Assembly: GCA_019057675.1 (NCBI GenBank)
Contig: JAHLWX010000002.1
Span: forward strand, 5,239 to 69,238
Direction: 5' to 3'
DNA: 64,000 nt
Source: Candidatus Jordarchaeum sp. LHC_1308
GTDB lineage: Archaea; Asgardarchaeota; Jordiarchaeia; Jordiarchaeales; Freyrarchaeaceae
A program made the translations under genes and the position numbers. Below the pieces are notes generated by a model. That model saw only the letters and a program-made list of their open reading frames with translations, did no database searches and was not told where the DNA came from. Every line of letters starts with the position of its first letter. Within the stretch, counting starts at the first letter, position 1. Shown piece after piece: positions 1 to 9,021 of this stretch.

Positions 1-10
1 AAAATGATAT

Positions 11-727
11 GTGAATGATGAAAAGTGGTTCTTAGGAAGGGAAGAGCCAATGGAAGTAATAGAGGAGATAAATAGTGTTAATACTTTGTTAAAGGAAATC
101 TGCGGGAGGGTGGAGTCTGTCAATCATAAGGTAGCTGAAATAACTTACATTCTAGCATCCAGAGACAGGGAAATAGAGGAGAAAAACGCAGAAATAAATA
201 GGCTTAGTTCTATTTTGAAAACTAAAGAAGAAGAGTTAAACAAAATTAAATCTGACATTGAGAGGTTACAAAAGGAACTTGAAATTACTAGAGAAAACTT
301 GGCAAAAACAGAAAGAACATTGGAAGCAACTAAAGAAACAGTCACCGCAAAGGACGAAGAACTAGCCAAGGTGTTGAAAGAGAGAAACAAGCTTGAGGAG
401 GAATTAAAATCTATAAGGGAGCAGCTTTCAAGAATCTCAAAAATGTACCGAGAAATGACTAAGGAGAAAGAGGAAATCGAAGATGTAAGGCGGCTTCTTT
501 CGATATACATAACTTTGCTTGAGGATGTCTTCGGTGGGCAACCTCACGCTAAGGTTCTATACTTGCTTCATGGCGCTAAAAATGTCATGAAACGCAAAGA
601 AATAACTGAAGCTGCTGGCTTTCAACCCGCAGTAATCTTAAAGAGTATCCATGACTTAGCTAACGCCAAACTTGTAGAGTACAATTTAGAAAGTGAAGAA
701 GTACGATTGATCAGAAGAATATACTAG
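11..727 (+). CDS. Coiled-coil protein with C-terminal winged-helix-like domain (paralog A of a family that recurs in this window); possible GTG start at 11
   Basis: Long heptad-rich Glu/Lys helical region, then a C-terminal ~60 aa with a wHTH-like pattern ending EEVRLIRRIY; the C-terminal pattern is shared with ORFs 38011..38676(-) and 42586..43320(+). Confidence 0.5.
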   Translation: MNDEKWFLGREEPMEVIEEINSVNTLLKEICGRVESVNHKVAEITYILASRDREIEEKNAEINRLSSILKTKEEELNKIKSDIERLQKELEITRENLAKTERTLEATKETVTAKDEELAKVLKERNKLEEELKSIREQLSRISKMYREMTKEKEEIEDVRRLLSIYITLLEDVFGGQPHAKVLYLLHGAKNVMKRKEITEAAGFQPAVILKSIHDLANAKLVEYNLESEEVRLIRRIY

Positions 728-766
728 CTAGAAGAAAAGAGAAAGAAAGTTGAACCTAGTGTGTTC

Positions 767-1171
767 TTAGTAACCCATTGCTTGGAGAATTGGAGCAAGT
801 CTCATGGCTGCCCGGCTAACGTCCACGTAACTTCCACCAGTATCTCCTTGAGGCGACACATAAGTCAATAGAAGGCCATGGTACCGTATAGTCGCCATTA
901 TTATATGTCCAAGTCCGCTTACATTTGTCGCAACGAGCCTTTCCTCGGTTGTTTGGAGAACAGAGTACTTGATGCCTTGAACTGATATTGCTGGCGCCTT
1001 TTCCCTCCAAGCAGAAATTAAGTTCGGTGCGTCTCCTCTAACGTCCCAGTTCTCAGTTTGATATATCACACGTCCATCGTTCGTCAGAACTGCTACTGCA
1101 GTTATGTTCTCATTGGCTGAAATAAGCTCATTTATAACGGCAATTATTTGTTCGACTGACAAAGCCAACAA
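767..1171 (-). CDS. Roadblock/LC7 (MglB-like) alpha/beta-fold protein; a profilin-like fold cannot be excluded
   Basis: 134 aa; motif ITAVAVLTNDGRVIYQT resembles the roadblock core (GVxGxxvvnxdGxpIxST); a later stretch (EERLVATNV ... GLLLTYVS) fits the roadblock beta3-alpha2-beta5 pattern. Confidence 0.4.
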   Translation of the reverse strand: MLALSVEQIIAVINELISANENITAVAVLTNDGRVIYQTENWDVRGDAPNLISAWREKAPAISVQGIKYSVLQTTEERLVATNVSGLGHIIMATIRYHGLLLTYVSPQGDTGGSYVDVSRAAMRLAPILQAMGY

Positions 1172-1344
1172 CCTCTTACACGAGTTTCAATAAAAAAATC
1201 ACTCCCTTAATAGTTATATCTTTAACGCTATTAAAAATTTTTGCAAAATAAAACAAATTTACGTCTTTCTTTTACCTTTATATGAAAAGTAAAGTTGCAC
1301 CTTAATGAGGAATACTTGCATTTTAAAGCGCCCCTTTTAACTAT

Positions 1345-3093
1345 CTACTTTTTCTGTTGCTCGTACATTTCAATTATTTCTCTTACTGTTGTTGCCTCCT
1401 CTGGTCCTTTGTCGTCTCTCCATCTGCCAGTGAATCTTGGAAACCTGACAGCTATCCCGCTGTCTTTTTTAACGTATCCTAGAGCGCATGTGTGCACTTG
1501 GCTTACGGTTAACTCAGCGCCGATTATTTCGATTACCTTGGCGGGAGTAAACCATATGTCTGCCTTAAGCTTTGAATCTACCCTTGGATGTTTGTGCGGT
1601 ATCTGGTAAGACTTAAGTGTATCTGGAAGGCTTTCCAGCTCCTCATCGCTGAACCCAGTTCCAACCTTGCAGATCGTCTTAAATGTATCCGATTCATCGT
1701 CATAAACAGCAACTAGTAGCGCTCCGTATGACCCGGCTCGTTTCCCCTTACCCATATATGCGCCCACTATAACTACGTCTATTGTGTCGGTCATTTCCGT
1801 TTTGTATTCTCGCTTAAATTTAAGCCACTTGTACCCCCTACTTCCAGCTTCATATATCGAGTCTTGCTGAATTGACTTAACCATTATGCCTTCACATCCA
1901 TTTTCAATTGCAGCGTCAAAAAATCTCTCTATGGCTTCTACGTTATCAACAATCTCAGCTTTAACAAGTTTTATTCGCTCTTCTTCACGTGTCACTTCTG
2001 CAAGCCTTCTTCTGCGCTCGGGGTAAGGTTTCCCTGTAAGGTCTTCATCCTCAATTAGAAGCGCGTCGAAGAGATATATCATGGCTGGATACTTTTCCAT
2101 TGCTTCCTCGATTCCGTAAACCCTTCTCCTCCTCATCAACTGCTGAAAGGGTAGCATTTCTCCAGTGTTAGTGTTTATAGCCACACATTCCCCCTCAACT
2201 ATCGCCCTTCTCGCCGTCAAATTTTCCACTGTAATCTTAACTATGTCGGGATACTGGTATGTTATGTTTTCAAGCCTTCTAGAGAAAATGTCTACCCTGT
2301 TCTCATCCTTGTGAATTTGCATCCGTTCTCCATCAAGTTTATATTCAGCCGAACAACGACCACCCATGCGTTCCAAAATCTCCTCTGGTGATGAAGCTCT
2401 TTGTGCAAGCATCATTCTAACCGGTTTTCCAACGGTAACCTTAAAGTTTCGGAGGGCTTCAAGCCCCTCGGTTGCAACCACCTTAGCTACAAGTCCTAAA
2501 TCCGACGTGATGTTATACGCCCTTTCAAGAACAGGCCTATTCTCTCTTGAGCCAGTAAACGCCACGGCTAGTGCATCAAGAATGGTGTAGTCTGCTATGC
2601 CGAGACGGAGCGCACCTACAACTATCCTTACAATGTATTTGTCCTCCTTAGGTGTGCCATCAAGTAATAACTTGGAAAGGTGCTTTAGCTTAGCTTCCAC
2701 AGAACCTTCTCCACTCTCCCTCGCTATTCTATCCAGCGTCTCGTAAACCGTCTCAATAGTTAATGGCTGATAAAAAAGAGATGCCTGCCTCTTCTTTTTC
2801 ATAAATGCCTCAGCGACCAGTCCTAAATCACCTACCTCCTTAAGGGCATTCTCCACGTCCTTAAGGGAAACACCGGCAACCATAGCAATGCTCCTCATAG
2901 CCAGCTTTTCAGATACTCCCAACTCTATCGGAACAAATAACGGGTAGAGCCTACCTGTGGTTAGATAAACCACCTTGTCAATTATCTCTCTCGGAGTTTC
3001 TGAGAAAAGATCAACAAGAAGTTCTATCATTTCTAGCCGCTTCGTCGTAGCCTCTATCTTCTCATAGAAATCTGCTATCTTCGAAAACAGCAT
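1345..3093 (-). CDS. lig: ATP-dependent DNA ligase
   Basis: 582 aa; KxDG adenylation motif (EYKLDGERMQIH), OB and DNA-binding domain architecture typical of archaeal Lig. Confidence 0.9.
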   Translation of the reverse strand: MLFSKIADFYEKIEATTKRLEMIELLVDLFSETPREIIDKVVYLTTGRLYPLFVPIELGVSEKLAMRSIAMVAGVSLKDVENALKEVGDLGLVAEAFMKKKRQASLFYQPLTIETVYETLDRIARESGEGSVEAKLKHLSKLLLDGTPKEDKYIVRIVVGALRLGIADYTILDALAVAFTGSRENRPVLERAYNITSDLGLVAKVVATEGLEALRNFKVTVGKPVRMMLAQRASSPEEILERMGGRCSAEYKLDGERMQIHKDENRVDIFSRRLENITYQYPDIVKITVENLTARRAIVEGECVAINTNTGEMLPFQQLMRRRRVYGIEEAMEKYPAMIYLFDALLIEDEDLTGKPYPERRRRLAEVTREEERIKLVKAEIVDNVEAIERFFDAAIENGCEGIMVKSIQQDSIYEAGSRGYKWLKFKREYKTEMTDTIDVVIVGAYMGKGKRAGSYGALLVAVYDDESDTFKTICKVGTGFSDEELESLPDTLKSYQIPHKHPRVDSKLKADIWFTPAKVIEIIGAELTVSQVHTCALGYVKKDSGIAVRFPRFTGRWRDDKGPEEATTVREIIEMYEQQKK

Positions 3094-3233
3094 GCCGAAG
3101 GCCCCCCTTTTATTGAAAATTGTTTTTATTGCTTCATTAAATACATTACCTAGACTTCACCTAAAAAAGGATTAGTAATATATGATTTCGACTAAAATTC
3201 AAAGGAAAGGAACTTTAGCATCTGGAAGAGCTA

Positions 3234-4781
3234 ATGTTAGCTGGTTGGAGGTTAATGATTTTGAAGATGTTTGAAGTCCGCGTCTTAGATCTTGAGTTTG
3301 AGAGCCAAACTATTGTCATGAATGAAAGTGACGCTGAAGAACTTCACGTTGGTCTTGGAAGCCGTGTTAAAGTTACTGTTGATGGACGCGAAGCGATAGC
3401 TAACACGTCATTTTCCAGCTTTTTGGTGGCGCGAGGCGAGATAGGTGTCTGCAGAAGCTTAGTTAAGCTCTTAGGAGTATCAGGTGGAGAACAAGCAACT
3501 CTAGAAGTAATGACTCCCCCTCTCGCTTTAGAGTACGTAAGAAAGAAAATGAAAGGTGAGGAGCTGAGCTATAACGAGATCTTTGCAATAATCCAAAGCA
3601 TAGCTAAGGAGGAGTTAAGTTCTGCTGAAATTACAGCATTCGTCTTGGCACAGTATTTTAAGGGAATGAGCGACAGAGAAATAGAAGCCTTAACTATTTC
3701 TATGGCTGAAAGTGGGGAAAAGTTGCGTTTTAAAGAAAAAACCTATGATAAGCACTCTGTTGGCGGCGTTCCTGGCAACAAGGTGAGCCTTCTAATAGTA
3801 CCCATAATAGCAGCCTCAGGTCTCCTTATTCCCAAGACCAGTAGTAAAGCTATTACGAGCCCGAGTGGAACTGCAGACACTATGGAAGTTTTAGCACCAG
3901 TAACCTTTACTATTGATGAATTTAGGGAAATCGTTGAACGCGTTGGGGGGGCCATAGTTTGGGGTGGCGGGTTAAACATAGCACCGGTTGACGACATTAT
4001 AATCAGGGTGGAGCACCCCCTGATGATTGATCCACTTCCCCAGATGATAGCTAGCATTTTGGCTAAAAAGCTCGCTGTAGGCGTGAACAACATGGTTTTG
4101 GATATACCGATCGGAAGAGGATGCAAAGCGCAAAGCAAGGAGGATGCAGAAAAACTGGCGGCGAAATTCCTAAAAATAGGCGGAAAGCTAGGCATTAACA
4201 TTCAGTGCGGTATTACATATGGAGGGCAGCCGGTGGGATACACTGTTGGCCCAACTTTAGAGGCGAAGGAGGCATTGGAGGCGTTAATGGGCAGAGGACC
4301 GATGAGTTTAGTTGAGAAGGCTACAGCACTAGCGGGAATTCTTCTCGAGATGGGTGAAAGGGCTGAAATTGGTCAGGGTCATGTCGTCGCTAAAGATATT
4401 CTAAGAAATGGTAAGGCGCTTCTAAAGATGAGAGAGATAATAGAAGCTCAGGGAGGAGATCCACATGTTAAGCCGGACGACCTCCCTGTCGGGGAGCACG
4501 TCGCAACGATTAAAGCTGAGAACGACGGTTACGTCGTAGACGTTGATAATGAAGCCGTGAAATTGATAGCTAGAGCGGCCGGTGCTCCAACTGATAAGGG
4601 CGCCGGAATAATTTTAAGGTTTAAGAGGGGCTACAAAGTGTCTAAAGGCGATGTACTTATGGAAATTCACTCGGAAAACGAGCGTAGGCTTTCTAAAGCC
4701 GTCGAGTTGGCTTTATCTCTCATTCCAGTTCGGGTTGAAGGCATGCTTCTAGGCAGAGTGTTAAGAGATAATGCGCTATGA
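3234..4781 (+). CDS. deoA: AMP phosphorylase / thymidine phosphorylase family protein (archaeal type)
   Basis: 515 aa; glycosyltransferase family 3 motifs (SVGGVPGNKVSL, TSSKAITSPSGTADT), N-terminal extension as in archaeal AMP phosphorylases. Confidence 0.8.
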   Translation: MLAGWRLMILKMFEVRVLDLEFESQTIVMNESDAEELHVGLGSRVKVTVDGREAIANTSFSSFLVARGEIGVCRSLVKLLGVSGGEQATLEVMTPPLALEYVRKKMKGEELSYNEIFAIIQSIAKEELSSAEITAFVLAQYFKGMSDREIEALTISMAESGEKLRFKEKTYDKHSVGGVPGNKVSLLIVPIIAASGLLIPKTSSKAITSPSGTADTMEVLAPVTFTIDEFREIVERVGGAIVWGGGLNIAPVDDIIIRVEHPLMIDPLPQMIASILAKKLAVGVNNMVLDIPIGRGCKAQSKEDAEKLAAKFLKIGGKLGINIQCGITYGGQPVGYTVGPTLEAKEALEALMGRGPMSLVEKATALAGILLEMGERAEIGQGHVVAKDILRNGKALLKMREIIEAQGGDPHVKPDDLPVGEHVATIKAENDGYVVDVDNEAVKLIARAAGAPTDKGAGIILRFKRGYKVSKGDVLMEIHSENERRLSKAVELALSLIPVRVEGMLLGRVLRDNAL

Positions 4782-4943
4782 ATTTTTTACTTAAGTGCTT
4801 ATTTCTTTAAACTTATCTTTAAACTTAAGATTCGTCGTTAGATTCAGGATAAAAAAGAGAAACATTTAATTTATGGTAAGTTAAATTTTTAACAAAAGAA
4901 TCATGTCAAGTTTGAGTCAATCGAAAAAGAGGTGTTTTGTTAA

Positions 4944-5429
4944 ATGGAAATAGACTCGCTTGACATTGAAATCTTGAAGATCCTTCAGAACGACTCAAGA
5001 GTACCTTTCACCCAGATTGCAAAACAGCTTCAAGTGCCTGATACAACAGTACACTTTAGGGTTCGTAAGCTTGTTGAGCGGGGTATTATACGCAAGTTTA
5101 CTGTGGCAGTGTCAGCTGAAAAGCTCGGTTATAATGCCTTGGCATTTATTAGAATACTCGTAGGCGGACACATAGTTAGGGATCTCACTCTCAAAAGAAC
5201 AAGAGAGATTGCCGAGAGCTTGGTGAAAAACGATTTTATACGGCTGATCGGTGTGGGGGATGAGGGGAACGAACTTTACTTAGTAGCTATTGCAAGATCA
5301 GAGGAAGAGCTCGAAAGCATAATCTCTGGTTTTAGAAGGAGCCCTGACGTTCAGGAAGTCAGCGTGTGGCGCCTGAACGAGCTTCTCAAAGGAGAAGAAA
5401 TAATAGGATTAATAACCCAAGAGAAATAG
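4944..5429 (+). CDS. lrp: Lrp/AsnC family transcriptional regulator
   Basis: 161 aa; N-terminal HTH (DSLDIEILKILQNDSRVPFTQIAKQLQV) plus C-terminal RAM domain pattern. Confidence 0.8.
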   Translation: MEIDSLDIEILKILQNDSRVPFTQIAKQLQVPDTTVHFRVRKLVERGIIRKFTVAVSAEKLGYNALAFIRILVGGHIVRDLTLKRTREIAESLVKNDFIRLIGVGDEGNELYLVAIARSEEELESIISGFRRSPDVQEVSVWRLNELLKGEEIIGLITQEK

Positions 5430-5439
5430 GGGGGAGCCG

Positions 5440-6168
5440 ATGATGATTGAAAAAATTAAAACAGGTATTCCTGGTCTTGATGAAATAACTAATGGAGGCT
5501 TCATTAAGGGAACTAACGTTCTAGTAACTGGCGGGACAGGAACAGGGAAAACTATTTTTTGCACTCAGTCTCTTTATTATGGAGCTAGAGATTACGATGA
5601 ACCCGGTGTTTTTGTGACACTTGAGGAAAGGCCAGATGACATAAGACGGGAAGCAATGCAGTTCGGCTGGGATTTGAAGAAATTGGAGGAGGATGGAAAA
5701 CTAATCATAATAGATGCTGCTTCCAGTAAAGCAGGAGTACCTACATCAGAGCCCTATGCTTTGAGAAGAGGTTTTGACATAAGCACCTTGGCACAGGAGA
5801 TCTACAAAGCTACAAAGGAAATAAATGCTGAACGTGTAGTAATAGACTCCCTCTCGAGTCTCGGTATAAGATTCGAGTCACTAACGGCCATTAGAACAGC
5901 CATATTCAAGATAGCATCACTGCTAAACGACTTGAACACGACGAGCCTCTTAACCTCTGAGATAACTTCTAGAAATGAGTTGTCAAGGTTTGGCGTGGAG
6001 GAATTCATAGCTCAAGGAATAATAGTTCTTTACTTGAACGAGGAACGGGGTGAGCTAAAGAGATCCTTAGTGGTTAGGAAGATGAGGTTCACGAAGCATT
6101 CCTTGAAAGTTGTACCATTCGAGATTAGTGATAAAGGAATAGTAATACTGCCTAGTAGCGGAATATAA
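5440..6168 (+). CDS. KaiC-like / RadB-like RecA-superfamily ATPase (single domain)
   Basis: 242 aa; Walker A GGTGTGKT, GIPGLDE motif, length and pattern of archaeal KaiC-like ATPases. Confidence 0.65.
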   Translation: MMIEKIKTGIPGLDEITNGGFIKGTNVLVTGGTGTGKTIFCTQSLYYGARDYDEPGVFVTLEERPDDIRREAMQFGWDLKKLEEDGKLIIIDAASSKAGVPTSEPYALRRGFDISTLAQEIYKATKEINAERVVIDSLSSLGIRFESLTAIRTAIFKIASLLNDLNTTSLLTSEITSRNELSRFGVEEFIAQGIIVLYLNEERGELKRSLVVRKMRFTKHSLKVVPFEISDKGIVILPSSGI

Positions 6169-6182
6169 TTTAATTTCAAGCA

Positions 6183-6698
6183 TCAACTTGGAACCCTGAG
6201 CAGGAACATGACGTCTTCATCTACTTCTAAAACTTTTTTGGCATATTTTCTGAAGGGAGAATCCGAAATAGCTTTTTTAGATAGAGTGGATGCTATACCC
6301 CAACCGTTAGAGTGGCACACCCTAATGATTTCCCTGAACAACCTTGCCTCGTCAACATTCTGAAGAAGTGTTATTGCGAAAAACTTGTCACAAGTGCTAC
6401 TTCTTAGTGGAAGGTGGTGCACGTCGGCTAATAGAATGTCAAGGTCACTGTATTTTTTCCTCGCTTCTAAGAGCATTCTATAAGAAAAGTCTACGCCTAA
6501 ACATGCACACCCCATATTTCTAATTTTTTTCAGGAAGTCTCCCGTTCCACAGCCCAAATCAACTACGACGTCCCGTCTCTCCACTGGTAACTCTAATAAT
6601 GCAACAGAGTGTTTTAGGCTTTGCTGAACACCGTAACGCTTATCATACATCCATGCTGTCTCATTATAAAACCGGGCCTTTCTCTTCAAATTAAACAT
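6183..6698 (-). CDS. Class I SAM-dependent methyltransferase
   Basis: 171 aa; motif I VVDLGCGTGDF. Confidence 0.7.
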   Translation of the reverse strand: MFNLKRKARFYNETAWMYDKRYGVQQSLKHSVALLELPVERRDVVVDLGCGTGDFLKKIRNMGCACLGVDFSYRMLLEARKKYSDLDILLADVHHLPLRSSTCDKFFAITLLQNVDEARLFREIIRVCHSNGWGIASTLSKKAISDSPFRKYAKKVLEVDEDVMFLLRVPS

Positions 6699-6729
6699 AT
6701 GATAAGAGGATGCGAGCTAAAATAAAAGG

Positions 6730-7506
6730 GTGATCCTTTTGCATAAATACAAGTTACTTCTTAATCCGTCTTTAGACGAGACTGTCCACGTGGTCAACGA
6801 GGCTCTGAAGAAGGGTTTTTTATCGCTACTTGTTGGGTTATGCAGGGTTAACTATAAGGGTCGGGCAAGTTCGGTTCTAGGCTGGGGGGAAAGGTTGGTG
6901 ATAATCAAGAGAGATGGCAGCGTCCTCGTTCATAGAACATGGGATTTTCAACCAGTGAACTGGCAGCCTCCCGGCTCTGTTTTGCAAGCGTCAACTCGAG
7001 GAAGAAATTTGACCATTAGGAGCGTTAGGCTTAAGCCCAGGGAATCTTTGGAAATCGAGTTCGAAAAAGTGTTCAGCGTTCTTGTTATGGACTTGGTTGA
7101 TGAGGCGGAGTTTACCATGTATGCAAGCGAGAAGGATATGCAAAAAGCGGTCATGGCTAACCCCGAATTAGTCGAGGAAGGTCTAAGACCATTAGTAAAG
7201 GAGAAAGAGGTTGAACATGGATTTATAGACGTCTACGCCGTGGATAGAGAAGGAAACATTGTGATTATCGAGCTTAAAAGAAGAATTGCCACTAGCGATG
7301 ATGCACTCCAGCTTTCAAGCTACGTTGAAGAAGTTAAAAAGCGTAGTGGTGGACGTGGTGTGAGAGGCATTTTAGTAGCCCCATCAGCTTCTAAGAAAGC
7401 TCTATTTCTTCTAGAGAAGCATGGGCTGGAGTTCAGGACGCTTAACCCCCAAAAATGCGCCGAGCTCGTTGAGTCCTCCTCGAAAAGGATTACTGATTTC
7501 TTTTAA
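6730..7506 (+). CDS. nucS: Endonuclease NucS (EndoMS, mismatch-specific)
   Basis: 258 aa; N-terminal DNA-binding half and C-terminal RecB-like nuclease motifs (GFIDVYAVD...IIELKR). Confidence 0.8.
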   Translation: MILLHKYKLLLNPSLDETVHVVNEALKKGFLSLLVGLCRVNYKGRASSVLGWGERLVIIKRDGSVLVHRTWDFQPVNWQPPGSVLQASTRGRNLTIRSVRLKPRESLEIEFEKVFSVLVMDLVDEAEFTMYASEKDMQKAVMANPELVEEGLRPLVKEKEVEHGFIDVYAVDREGNIVIIELKRRIATSDDALQLSSYVEEVKKRSGGRGVRGILVAPSASKKALFLLEKHGLEFRTLNPQKCAELVESSSKRITDFF

Positions 7507-8062
7507 CATAAAGAGACTGCCCATGCGAGTCTATGGCGATAACCAAGGGGCCAAAGGATTCAACTTCAAGTATCCATAAAGCCTCCGGCATCCCTAAATC
7601 CATCCACTCAACTCCAAGAATCCTCTTAATTTTTGAGGCCGCCAGAATGCCGGCTCCGCCAGGGAAAGCCGCATAAACTGCTCCGTAACGTTTCATAGCG
7701 TCAATGGTTGCATCTCCCATGCCTCCCTTGCCGATGATCATTCTAACCCCGAGACAGGCAATAATAATAGATTCAAAATCATCCATTCTTGAGCTCGTAG
7801 TGGGACCTGCAGAGATGACCTCTATCCTTTCATTATGCTGTTTAACTATTGGTCCACAATGATATATGACACCACCCCTCAAATCTACCGGGATAGGCTT
7901 CCCAGACCGAATATGCTCCACCATTCTCTTATGGGCGGCGTCTCTAGCTGTAGTTATAACGCCTGAGAGAAACACTATGTCCCCAACTTGTAGCGACCTG
8001 ATCTCCTCCTCGGATAAAGGCGTCCTCAGAATCCTACTAAAACTTTCTTTTCCGGCTCTCAT
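7490..8062 (-). CDS. Class I fumarate hydratase / tartrate dehydratase beta subunit
   Basis: 190 aa; FumA C-terminal-domain-like; immediately downstream of and overlapping the alpha subunit gene. Confidence 0.75.
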   Translation of the reverse strand: MRAGKESFSRILRTPLSEEEIRSLQVGDIVFLSGVITTARDAAHKRMVEHIRSGKPIPVDLRGGVIYHCGPIVKQHNERIEVISAGPTTSSRMDDFESIIIACLGVRMIIGKGGMGDATIDAMKRYGAVYAAFPGGAGILAASKIKRILGVEWMDLGMPEALWILEVESFGPLVIAIDSHGQSLYVKRNQ

Positions 8063-8919
8063 TCAAAACACCATTCCCCTTTAGGAGAGACTCTGATCCT
8101 CGCTCTCCTTACGACGTAGCAGTTAAACAGGACAGCTACTGGGTATGATGCAGGGTGGCGGTGTGCGTTTTCAATGTTTACTCCTATTGTCGTACTCCTT
8201 CCTCCGAGTCCCATGGGGCCTATTCCTGTCTTGTTAACATCCTCAAGGATCTCATTCTCCAACCGTGCCACTCTTGGATTACTGTTCCTTTTTGTTAATG
8301 GGCGCATGAGCGCCATCATAGCTAGCTTCATGGCGATGTATGCTCCTCCACCTATGCCGATGCCTAAAATTACTGGAGGACACGGCCCTCCTCCAGCCGC
8401 TAGTACGGCCTTTAGGATGCACGCCTTAACCCCGTTTATTCCTTCACTTACTGGAAGAAACGTCAGCATACTCGCATTGTCGGCTCCTCCGCCTTTATGA
8501 AAAACCGTTACTTCAATGTAGTCGTCGTTGCTTGGTTCAAACTCGATCCATGGAACGTTGATGCCAACGTTATTCCCGCTGTTCTTGTTGGTTATAGGAT
8601 CGACGGCATTAGGCCTCAGGGGGACCTCACGTGTTGCCTTAATAGTAGCGCTCAGTATAACTTTTTTGATTCGTTTAGCGTCAGCGGGTTGTGGTAAACG
8701 TACATGAAAATAAGGTATACCAGTGTCTTGGCAGATTGGTATCTTTCTCTCCTCTGCTAACCTTATGTTCTCGATCATAGCTTCAAGTTGCATTTTAGCC
8801 ACTTCGTTTTGTTCTCGTCTCAGCGCTTCATTTAAAGCAGACTTAACGTCGGGTGGCACTGTAGAAACCGCCTTTCTGATCAGTTCGATTATCCCTTTTT
8901 CCAGTTTTTTCTCGTTCAA
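8059..8919 (-). CDS. Class I fumarate hydratase / tartrate dehydratase alpha subunit (Fe-S)
   Basis: 286 aa; Fe-S hydro-lyase alpha-subunit pattern (CQDTGIP, cysteine ligands); 4-nt overlap with the beta gene. Confidence 0.8.
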   Translation of the reverse strand: MNEKKLEKGIIELIRKAVSTVPPDVKSALNEALRREQNEVAKMQLEAMIENIRLAEERKIPICQDTGIPYFHVRLPQPADAKRIKKVILSATIKATREVPLRPNAVDPITNKNSGNNVGINVPWIEFEPSNDDYIEVTVFHKGGGADNASMLTFLPVSEGINGVKACILKAVLAAGGGPCPPVILGIGIGGGAYIAMKLAMMALMRPLTKRNSNPRVARLENEILEDVNKTGIGPMGLGGRSTTIGVNIENAHRHPASYPVAVLFNCYVVRRARIRVSPKGEWCFE

Positions 8920-9021
8920 TTCATGTCACCACAACATTGTCCATTCTTGAAGGTGTTAGTGAACCTTAAAAGAGTATTTGAAGTATTGATCTCATGAAGT
9001 ATCTTAAGTGGAGGGCTCTTC

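Noticed and set aside
1-25. AUGAUGA-like C-box motif at the very start of the window
   Set aside because: It is truncated by the window edge and overlaps the probable start of ORF 11..727. A C/D sRNA cannot be evaluated there.
145-510. Antisense ORF (121 aa) inside the coiled-coil gene 11..727
   Set aside because: Low-complexity Ser/Leu-rich translation; it mirrors the Glu/Lys-rich coiled-coil codons on the opposite strand. Many similar shadow ORFs in the track were likewise ignored (e.g. 3743..4201, 22158..22475, 22776..23036, 38368..38695, 41478..41969).
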